From: Candidatus Latescibacterota bacterium
GTDB lineage: Bacteria; Latescibacterota; UBA2968; UBA8231
Direction of reading: 5' to 3'
NCBI GenBank assembly: GCA_965203355.1
Contig: OZ241889.1
Span: 3,072,001-3,136,000, forward strand
DNA: 64,000 nucleotides
The notes under the pieces were generated by a model. It saw only the letters and a list, made by a program, of their open reading frames with translations, was not told where the DNA came from and ran no database searches. The position numbers and the translations under genes were made by a program. Below, one piece after another: positions 36,183 through 45,200 of the stretch (position 1 is the first letter of the stretch; each line of letters starts with the position of its first letter).

Positions 36183-37694
36183 ATGTCTGCACTTTTCTCT
36201 ATTTTCGTTTTGTTCGCGTTTTCCCTTTCGTCCGGTGCTTCGACCTTGACGAAGGAACAGCAGCGCATTCTGCTCGATCTTGAAGAGGCGCACTTGCAGT
36301 TGAAGCAAGCGAAAGCGCGGGAGGCCGAGGTTCAGATTGAGTATGATCAGATGACCGGCCTCAAAGAGCGCGGGGTGGTGACCGGCCAGGAGTTGCGCTT
36401 AGCCCGCGAGCGGTATGAGCGCACGCGGCAAGAGCGGCAACGGGCCGACTTAAACCTCCAGCGCACCTTCCTCAACTCACTGGGCGACGCCACCCATCTG
36501 ACGGTGGTCAACGGCCAAAAGTACGGCGTGGAAGGCGACAAGGTGCGCGTGCGGCTGACGCTGCGCAACGACTCGGACTTGCACTTGGCGCAGATGGTCG
36601 ATGCCGCCCGGCGGCGCTACGCCATCAACGGCGTGGACCAAGACGCCGCGTCCCTGTTGCAGGTCAACAACATCTTCGTCGTCATCTTGGCCGATCGAGT
36701 CCGGGTCGGCCAGCCCTACCAAGTACACATCCCGGTGCTGGCGCTGGGTGAAGAAGTCGACGTCGAGGTGGGCTTGCAGCGGCCCGACATCGAGGATTTG
36801 ACCGTGCAACTACAGTATCTCAACCGGGTGGACGACCACGTCATTCACTTGGAGAAGGCGTCGGCGCGCGACGTGGTGCGGGTGTATGCCACGCAGTTTT
36901 CCCAAGAAGGGCCGTTGGGCAACTCGGTGGCGTATGAGTTGCAGTTGGAGCGTTTGGCCGAAGACGAAAAGATTTTCCAACTGATGGCGCACGGGCTGCC
37001 CGAGGACTTCCGCTGGCAATTCGAGCGGAATGGCCAGACCCTATCGCGGCTGCGCTTTTCGCGCGATCATTCGAGCGTCTCGTTGACGCTCAACGTGTAT
37101 GTGCCCGAACAGTCGACCGGTTTTGTCGTGGATCAGCCGTTGCGGTTCTCGGTGCTGGCCTACGAACCCCAAGCGGTCGAGGCGGCGACGGTCGCGGCGG
37201 CCGATCCGGCGGCTTGGCAAGCGTTGGGCATTGGCTACGAGCCGTTGCAACTGGTGCCGACCGGCCGCGCCGAATTGGAGTTGACCACCCTCAACTTAGA
37301 CCTGGCGGTCAATGGCCAAGGCCATTCCCAGTCGGTGTGGCACGTGCGCAACCTGGGCACGGTGGACTTGCTCGACATCCGCTTGCAGGCGCTGTCGCCG
37401 CCGGGCTGGGAGGTTTCTTTTGTGCCCCCGGAAATTGATCGACTGCCGCCGCGGGAGGAACTAGAGGCCGTGCTGACGGTTCGGCCGGTCAACAGCGCCG
37501 ACATTGGCCGCTACGAAGTCAAGACCAGTGCCCGCACCCAGCACAAGGGGCAGTGGGTCGAGTCGGTGGAGCGCACCGTCAACATCAACATCAAAAGCGA
37601 CGGCTCGTTTTGGGGCATCACCGGGTTGGTGGTGTTGCTGGTCAGCATCGTGCTGGGCATCGCCGTCTTCACCGTGCAATGGAGCAAACGATGA
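36183..37694 (+). CDS. Membrane-anchored protein: signal, coiled coil, Ig-like/NEW3 domains, C-terminal TM
   Basis: HlyD-like coiled coil (LKERGVVTGQELRLARERYE); VRNLGTVDL...PPGWEVSFVPPEIDRLPP NEW3-like segment. Confidence 0.7.
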   Translation: MSALFSIFVLFAFSLSSGASTLTKEQQRILLDLEEAHLQLKQAKAREAEVQIEYDQMTGLKERGVVTGQELRLARERYERTRQERQRADLNLQRTFLNSLGDATHLTVVNGQKYGVEGDKVRVRLTLRNDSDLHLAQMVDAARRRYAINGVDQDAASLLQVNNIFVVILADRVRVGQPYQVHIPVLALGEEVDVEVGLQRPDIEDLTVQLQYLNRVDDHVIHLEKASARDVVRVYATQFSQEGPLGNSVAYELQLERLAEDEKIFQLMAHGLPEDFRWQFERNGQTLSRLRFSRDHSSVSLTLNVYVPEQSTGFVVDQPLRFSVLAYEPQAVEAATVAAADPAAWQALGIGYEPLQLVPTGRAELELTTLNLDLAVNGQGHSQSVWHVRNLGTVDLLDIRLQALSPPGWEVSFVPPEIDRLPPREELEAVLTVRPVNSADIGRYEVKTSARTQHKGQWVESVERTVNINIKSDGSFWGITGLVVLLVSIVLGIAVFTVQWSKR

Positions 37695-39082
37695 CGGCTT
37701 ATCGCTGGATTTGGATCGCCTTGGGCGGCTGGGCGAGCGTGGCACTGGCCGAGGAGTGGGATTTGTCGACCTGTCAGCGCGCCGCCGGCGTCCACAGCCC
37801 GGTGCTGGGGGCGGCGCACGCCCGCTGGCAGCAGAAGCAGGCGAGTACGCGCTTGGAGTACGCCGAACAGGGGCCGACGGTCGGCCTGCAGGCCGACTAC
37901 ACCCGCCGCGACCGCGCCGACGGCCCGGCCACCGACGCCCGCGAACTGTTCTTAGCCGCCGAGCAAGAACTGGTGCGCTACGGCAAAACGCCCCCGGCGC
38001 GCTGGGCCGCCGAGCACCAAGAGCAGGCCGAAAAAGCGCGCTACCGCCAGACCATCATCGCCGTGGATAGCCAGGTGCGCCAAGCGTATTACCGCCTGCT
38101 GCTGACGCGCGACGAGATCGCCAGTCGCGACGAGTTGCTGGCCTACTTCCGGGCGAAGATGGAGCGGGTGCAAACGCGCCTCGACGCGGGCTTAGCCCGG
38201 CCGATCGAACGGTACGAGGCCGAACTGGAGGTGTTGGAAGAGCAGGCGCGGATCAACCACCTCCAGCGGGCCTTGCGCGCCCTGCATCGGCAACTGTTCA
38301 CCGAGATCGGTCTAGTGGGCAAGCGCTCGCTGCGCGCCATCGAGGTGGTCGGTCCGCCCTACGAGCAACTCCAACTGCTCAACCCCAAGGAAGCGGACTT
38401 GCCCGGGCTGATCGAGGAAGCCCGCGCCAATCGGCCCCAGTTGGCCGAACTGGGCTGGCAGATAGACCAGCAGCAGCAGCAAGCGCGCCGGGTGCTCTGG
38501 CAGTGGCTGCCCCACGTGGGCCTGCAACTTTCCAAGGACGTCCAAGACACCGAGTGGGGCTTGGACTGGCGCGGCGACGGCCAAACGTGGACGGTGGTCG
38601 GCTCGGGGCGCCGCTCGATAGCCCGCCACGGCCAAGACCCGGCCCGGGACCCCGCCGTCGGCGCGGGCTGGCGGGTGCAGGCCCAAGTCGCGCTCCCGTT
38701 GTTCCAAGGCGGGCAGCGGTGGGCCCGCCACGCCCAAGAAAAGGCGCGGCTCCACCAGCTACACCAAGCCCACCACGAGACCCGCAACGGCGTTGAACTC
38801 GACGTGGTCGAGGCCTTTTACGAGTTGCAAAGCCGCCGGGAAAACACCCAAATTCTACGGCGGCGCGCCGATGTGGCCCGCCAGCGATTGGACACCATTG
38901 AAGAGTTGTTTGAAAACGCGATGGGCAACCTCAATTTCGACGACATCCGCCGCCAGCGGGTCGCCGTCAACGTCGCCGAGCAGACCTATTTCGCCGAGCG
39001 CCTGACCTACATCCTCGCCGCCGAACACCTGCGGCGTCTGCTGGGCCGGGCCCTCCACAGTGAGTTTTATCACACCCCCTGA
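37691..39082 (+). CDS. TolC-family outer membrane efflux protein
   Basis: Duplicated VRQAYYRLL / VVEAFYEL helices, ARANRPQL, VALPLFQGG. Confidence 0.8.
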   Translation: MTAYRWIWIALGGWASVALAEEWDLSTCQRAAGVHSPVLGAAHARWQQKQASTRLEYAEQGPTVGLQADYTRRDRADGPATDARELFLAAEQELVRYGKTPPARWAAEHQEQAEKARYRQTIIAVDSQVRQAYYRLLLTRDEIASRDELLAYFRAKMERVQTRLDAGLARPIERYEAELEVLEEQARINHLQRALRALHRQLFTEIGLVGKRSLRAIEVVGPPYEQLQLLNPKEADLPGLIEEARANRPQLAELGWQIDQQQQQARRVLWQWLPHVGLQLSKDVQDTEWGLDWRGDGQTWTVVGSGRRSIARHGQDPARDPAVGAGWRVQAQVALPLFQGGQRWARHAQEKARLHQLHQAHHETRNGVELDVVEAFYELQSRRENTQILRRRADVARQRLDTIEELFENAMGNLNFDDIRRQRVAVNVAEQTYFAERLTYILAAEHLRRLLGRALHSEFYHTP

Positions 39083-39096
39083 GAAAGGAACGCATC

Positions 39097-39819
39097 ATGT
39101 TGGAAATCATCGGCCTGTCCAAGCACTACGGGGACGTCAAAGCGGTCACCGACCTCACCCTGACCATCCCCGGCGGCGAGATCTTTACCATGCTCGGCGC
39201 CAACGGCGCGGGCAAGACCACCACCTTGATGGTCGCGTTGGGCTTTACCGAGCCGACCCACGGCACGGTCAAGCTGTGCGGCATCGACATCACCGAGCAG
39301 CCTTTGGAAGCCAAAAAGCACGTGGCCTATGTCTCGGAAAACGTCATGCTCTACGGCAACTTCAGTGCCCGGCAGAACTTGGATTTCTTCACCCGCTTGA
39401 GCGGCCAGCCGGCCCGCGCCGCCGAACACTACGACGCCATCATGGCGCGGGTGGGGCTGCAAGCCGAGGCGTTTGATCGGCGGGTCAAGACGTTTTCCAA
39501 GGGCATGCGCCAGAAGTTGGGCATTGCCATTGCCATTGCCAAGGACGCCCAAATCGTCTTGCTCGACGAACCCACGTCCGGGTTGGACCCCAAGTCCGGC
39601 GCCGAGTTCTTGGACCTGTTGGATGAATTGCGCCACGAAGGCAAGGCCATCTGGATGACCACTCACGACGTGTTCCGCGCCCGCGTGATCGCCGACCGAC
39701 TCGGCATCATGGTCCAAGGCCACCTCGTCAAGACGCTGACCCGCGAAGAAATCCAAGCCACCGACCTAGAGCGCCTCTACGTCGAATACGTCGAGCAGCC
39801 CGTCCTGCCCGCCGCTTAA
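39097..39819 (+). CDS. ABC transporter ATP-binding protein
   Basis: GANGAGKTT, FSKGMRQK, LLDEPTSGLD. Confidence 0.96.
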   Translation: MLEIIGLSKHYGDVKAVTDLTLTIPGGEIFTMLGANGAGKTTTLMVALGFTEPTHGTVKLCGIDITEQPLEAKKHVAYVSENVMLYGNFSARQNLDFFTRLSGQPARAAEHYDAIMARVGLQAEAFDRRVKTFSKGMRQKLGIAIAIAKDAQIVLLDEPTSGLDPKSGAEFLDLLDELRHEGKAIWMTTHDVFRARVIADRLGIMVQGHLVKTLTREEIQATDLERLYVEYVEQPVLPAA

Positions 39820-39835
39820 ACGAGGAGCGTAGTTG

Positions 39836-39868
39836 GGTGTGTAGGTCCGGCATGGACCTACACACCCG
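39836..39868. terminator. Stem-loop at the end of the cluster
   Basis: GGGTGTGTAGGTCC-ggcat-GGACCTACACACCC. Confidence 0.65.
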
Positions 39869-40172
39869 CCTCTTTGCACCGGCTCATCGAGGATAACTTG
39901 TGGAGCGTATGTACCATGGCAACTCGTAGAGCTAGTCCGCGGAGTAGATTTAGTTTCATCTAGAGTCACCGGAGTACATCCGGCATAATCCTCAGCAGCT
40001 CACCCCGAAAAATGCTGGATGCGCAAGGTCCCTCGACCGCCTCGCGGGACCCGCTGTCGCCCGTGAGCAGTTGGGCGCAATCGTCTGCGATCAGGGCCTA
40101 CTGGTATTGACTTTTCCAAGCATCCACGTTTTTTCTGTTTAATCCCCCTTTACCAACAGGAAAGAGCCGACT

Positions 40173-40445
40173 GTGATGACGCCTAAAACCAAAAAACGCA
40201 AACTCTTCAAACTTTTGGCCCCGCAAGCGGAAAGCGTTTGCTTGGCTGCCTCCTTCAACGATTGGGATCCACAGGCCCGCCCGTTAAAAAAAGACGCCCG
40301 GGGCCTGTGGAAAACTTCGGTCACGTTGCCGCTGGGTACGCACGAATACCGCTTTGTGGTCGATGGCGAATGGCGCGACGATCCGCAGTGCGAGGAGCGC
40401 CGCCCCAATCCCTTCGGCACCACCAATTGCATTTTGTACGCCTAA
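40173..40445 (+). CDS. Stand-alone glycogen-binding (CBM48/AMPK-beta-like) domain protein
   Basis: V.LAASFNDW...W....LP.G.HEYRFVVDGEW.DDP...NPFG..N. Confidence 0.85.
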   Translation: MMTPKTKKRKLFKLLAPQAESVCLAASFNDWDPQARPLKKDARGLWKTSVTLPLGTHEYRFVVDGEWRDDPQCEERRPNPFGTTNCILYA

Positions 40446-40765
40446 GACCGCCTTCGCCTCACCACGTCAACGGCCTGGAAATCCCCTCCCGTGCTACGCG
40501 CACGTCTGGTTGTGGGAGGCGGAAGAGTTGGCGCCCGGCCGCAGCGAGGCCGGCGATAAACTCGCAAAAGTGCCGGGTGCCCCACGCACTCGAACGCCCC
40601 GCCGCGAATCGCCGTAGAGGGCGGTAGTTCCACCGAAAAGCACTTTCCTGCGACACTCGTCGCGGCCGAGCGAACAGGCTTCCATCAGCCTACGGCCTCC
40701 TGGCGTGCGGTCGCCATGATAGGCCCTCGCTTGGCCGCTCTTGACGCATCCGTTACCTTACCCCC

Positions 40766-41551
40766 ATGAACAGTAAAGACTATCTACACGCCCTCTTTGG
40801 CTGCCAAGGTCGCAAAGCCATCGTCACAGGATCCTCCAGCGGCTTAGGAGCCGAACTGGCCCGGGTCCTCGTCTCGGCCGGTGCTGACGTCCTCGCCATC
40901 GCCCGCCGCCAAGAGCGCCTTGAAGCACTGGCGAACGAATTGCAAGACTGCGCCGGCACTCTCCACCCACACGCGGCCGACCTCAGCGACCACGCCGCCA
41001 TCGCGGCCCTGCCCGAGCAAGCACACACGCGACTCGGCGGCTGCGATATCTTGGTTGCCAATGCCGGCACGGCCACGCGCGTCCGCCTCGAAGACATGGC
41101 CGAGCAAGACTTTGCCGCGGTCGTTGATCTCAACCTCAAAGCCCAGTGGCTGCTCGCTAAAGCCTGCTTTCCCCTACTCCGCGAATCTGGAGCCGGCCGC
41201 ATCGTCAATATCGCCTCGATATACGGCTTGGGAGCCTCGGTAATCAACGGATTAAGTGCCTACACGATCAGCAAACACGGACTCGTAGGACTGACGCGCT
41301 CGCAGGCCGTAGAGTGGAGCAGACACGGCATCACAGCAAACGCTATCGCCCCCAGTTATTTCCCCACCGAAATGACCGAGACGGCCCTCGACGACGAGAA
41401 GATGAGCACCCGCCTGTGCACCTTTACGCCGCAAGGCCGCTTTGGTCAGCCCGCAGAGCTAGCCACCGCCGTACTCTTTTTGTGCTCAAAGGCCAGCGGC
41501 TATGTCAATGGGGCCATCGTACCGGTGGATGGCGGCTGGACGGCGTGGTGA
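40766..41551 (+). CDS. SDR family oxidoreductase
   Basis: TGSSSGLG, ANAG, YTISK, PVDGG. Confidence 0.93.
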   Translation: MNSKDYLHALFGCQGRKAIVTGSSSGLGAELARVLVSAGADVLAIARRQERLEALANELQDCAGTLHPHAADLSDHAAIAALPEQAHTRLGGCDILVANAGTATRVRLEDMAEQDFAAVVDLNLKAQWLLAKACFPLLRESGAGRIVNIASIYGLGASVINGLSAYTISKHGLVGLTRSQAVEWSRHGITANAIAPSYFPTEMTETALDDEKMSTRLCTFTPQGRFGQPAELATAVLFLCSKASGYVNGAIVPVDGGWTAW

Positions 41552-41823
41552 TCCAGCCGTTACGATTCATTTCATTGTGCGAGTCAAAGGAGTGCTGGGT
41601 CGTGGTACGTTTTGAAATTTAGCTTTACTCCCGTTGCCCGGGTCGCTCTCGCTCCGCCTGAACCCCGGCACCCCAAGCCCGACCGAAAACGCATCACGAC
41701 CGAATGATTTGGTCTAATCCCGCTTTGGCAGTGCAGTTCCCGACATGGACAATAGAAATGGGACCCGGCGGCGGGGACAGCGGGACAAACCTGTGCGCTG
41801 TCTAATTCCCAACATGGACAATA

Positions 41824-42232
41824 GAAATGGGACTCCAGAACATCGGGGTCCCATTTCCGTAACTCGCGGTGCTGTGGGGGCTACTTGAGCAGCAGCATCT
41901 TGACGGCGAGGAACGCTTCACCCGCCTGCAAGCGGTCCGTAGGCGGGCGATCTGACGTTCATAAAGAAAATGGGACCCCAGAACATCGGGGTCCCATTTC
42001 CGTGACTCGCGGGGGCGTGGATGCTACTTGAGCAGCAGCAGCATCTGGATGTCGAGGAAGTCACCGCCCGCCTGCAAGCAGTCCTCTAGGCTGGCGAGTT
42101 GACGTTCATAAAGAAAATGGGACCCCAGAACATCGGGGTCCCATTTCCGTGACTTGCGGTGCCGCGGGTGCTACTTGAGCAGCAGCATCTTCTTGATGTC
42201 GAGGAAATCGCCGCCCGCCTGCAAGCGGTAGA
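41824..42232 (-). repeat. Three ~145-bp tandem units: 3' end of the surface-protein gene plus terminator hairpin
   Basis: AAATGGGACCCC-agaacatc-GGGGTCCCATTT near 41824, 41968, 42115; ctacttgagcagcagca at 41881, 42024, 42171. Confidence 0.85.
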
Positions 42233-45200
42233 AGTACATTCCCGACGACACGCTCTGGCCGCTATCGTTGGTCGCGTCCCACTCCACCGCGTAACGACCC
42301 GCCGCCTGATGCTCGGCGACCAGCGTCCGCACCGGCTGACCCAACACGTTGTACACGGTCAGCCCCACGGCCGCCGCTTGCGGCAACGCATACTGAATCG
42401 TCGTCTGCGGATTGAACGGGTTCGGATAGTTGGCCGCCAGCGAGAACACGGCCGGGCGCGTCTGCACCGCCACCGGCGCGGGCAATGCCAGCCGGTTGAA
42501 GCCCAACGCCCGGTCATACGTCTGGCTGTCGGTGATTTCGAGCGTCGTGTGCTCGATCTCGGTCGTTGGCCGGAAGACTAAGCGCAGCATCAGCTCGCCG
42601 TCCGAAACGACGTCGCCGTGGGCGGCTACCGTCAACACGCCCGCTTGATCGGCCAGCACCTGCGGCGTAGCGAATGCGCTGCCGCCCAGCGGCTGATCGG
42701 TCCGCGCCTCGACGAAGGTCAACTGGTCGGCGTCATAGGCTACCTGCAAGCCGTAGCCTTTGACCGCTACGAAGTCGGCTAACCGCACATTAACGACGAA
42801 CTCCTCTCCTACGCTCGGCAGGGCGGCTGGCGCGTCCAGATACAGCCGTGCGTCCCCGTTCAGCCCGGCCCGCAACGGCACCGGCTTGCCCGCCGCGGCC
42901 ACGCTGCGACCGAAATGGTCGGCCAACACGAAGAAGTCGTCGAAGTCAATCGTCCCATTCGGCGCCAGGTCAAACGCCGGATCAAACCCGGCGTCGCCCG
43001 CCGTCAAGCCGAAGCGGTCGGCCAACACGAAGAAATCGTCGAACCCAATGCGCGCGTCGGCCCCGAACAGACCCAACAGAGCCTGCCCTTGGCTATCGGC
43101 CACCCGGTTGCGCACGGCTAACGCGGTATGCTCGACCGAACCGGTCTCGTTGTCTAAGTCGAAAGTACGCACCTGATAGGTGTAATGCACACCATGCTGT
43201 GCCGTCTCATCGACGAAGGACGAACGGCCCGCCTCCACCTCGGCGACCACGGAAAACGTTTCTGCTCCCACGGCGCGGCGATAGATGCGGTAGCCATGTA
43301 CGCCCACGACCGGCTCGACCGGCGCCGGGCCTAGTGCGCCGGCCACGACCCCTTGCAGCACCTGATCCGACGGCGACAGCGTCCACGTCAGCGCGATGCG
43401 ACCACCCTGATCGTCCGGCGCATCCAACACCTGCAACGCCGACACGGCCAACGGCGCGATGTCGTCAGTCGCCCGCACAGCCTCGGCCGTCCAAGTGATC
43501 GACGAACTCAGCACACTACTGACGACATTCAACTTCGGAGCCACGCCGCGAGCGTAGGCCAATGCTTCCGGCAGCAACGACGCCAGCACCGGACCCTCAC
43601 CGCCTTGCGCGGCGTCCCGGCTCGCTTGCAGCGTCGCCGCCATCTGCGCGTAAGGCTGCGTCAGGTCGTCCGCTTCGACGAACACAGCTTTGGCCATCGT
43701 GTGCGTGGTGCGACCCCCGCGCTCGGCGGCAATGCCCCAGCGCGTCGAGACGTTGTCCAGCGTCGCCACGATAGCGCGGCCCATCGCCACCCCCGGCACG
43801 GCATCTACTCGCGCCCACGGCACCATCTCATTGCCCAGCACCGGCAACGCACGGAAGATGCGATAGCCGTCCAGCGACTTATGATCGGCCGATAGCTCCC
43901 AAGACAGCATCACGAAACCGCCTTGGTCGCCTTGGCCGTCCGCGCCTTTGTAGTCCTCGGCGACCAGATTGGTCGGCGCCGACAGGGGCGGATCCACCAC
44001 CGCCAGCGGCACCGGCAGCGACTGACGCGCGCCACTGGCATCTACGACCGTGTAGGTCGCTACGGTCTCGCCCATCGTCGTCGGCGTCCCGGAAATCGTC
44101 CGGGTCGCCGCGTCAAACGACAGCCCCGCTGGCAGACCCGACACGCTATACGTCAGCGGCGGGGTGCCCCCGGAGACCGCCGGCAGCGTCAGGTTTGCCG
44201 GCACACCCACGGTGAATTGAATCATGTTGTCGGTATGCGAGTCGGCCGGATTGGCTTTACCGGCTCCGCTGTTGAGACCGAACAACGAACTCAGGTCGCC
44301 CCAGTCCAGCATCGCGTTGACTGTAATTGTGAACATCAGCGAGACGCTTTCGGCGCCAGCCGTCGCCGTGTAGGTGACCTCAACGGCCCCATCGGTCGCC
44401 GCGTCCGGTGTGCCCGAAATCGTCCGGGTGGCCGGGTCAAACGACAGCCCGGCTGGCAAATCCGACACGCTATACGTGATGGTGCCTTCGCCGCCCATCG
44501 CCATCGGCAGCACCAACGGCGTAATCGCCGTGCCCGCCGTATAGGCATGTGCGGCAATCGAAGTGCCCTCGACGAAAGACAAGGGGATCATCATCTCCTT
44601 ATCGTCCATCATGCCGCCGGCCGCTTCCGTCAGCACCAGCGTCGCCGAACCCGCCGTCAAGCCCGGCAGCATCGCGTTGATCACAACCGTCTCGTCGCCT
44701 TCAGCCATACCATCGGAAACCGGATCAATCAACAGGCGCGTCGAACCCATGATCGAACCCGCCGCAATGGTAATCGTCGGATTGAATAGCGCCGAGTAGT
44801 CCGTGTCGCGCGTGGCACTCGAAGCCGCCTCATCAATCGAGACGGTGGCGGTGGCGGCCTCGGCCAACGGCTTGCCATCCAACGCGGCCATGACCATTAC
44901 TTCCGTCAATTCCGCCGACTCGCTGAGCGCGCTCGGCATCACCGACACGACCAAAGACGTGCTTGGCGTCTCGTCGTCGGAAATCCGCAAGTCCACTTGC
45001 CCCCAGCCGCCTGAAGCCGCCGCCCGAACGCCCAAGAACTTATGACCGTCCGCCGAAGCGTTGTCAATCGGCGACAGGAAAAGCGTCGTCGAACCGACCT
45101 TTTCCCCGGCCGCAATGGTGACGGTCCCCACCAATGTCGCGGTGTAATCCACGTCGCGGGTGGCCATCGCGCCGCTGGCCGGTGGCACAATCGTGAAGCG

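Noticed and set aside
40446-40740. GC-rich intergenic stretch as ncRNA or small gene
   Set aside because: No recognisable RNA family motif or convincing ORF; an Rfam search would be needed.
41824-42232. Tandem units as a DGR template/variable repeat or a CRISPR array
   Set aside because: No reverse transcriptase or cas gene in the window; differences include indels and are not adenine-specific.
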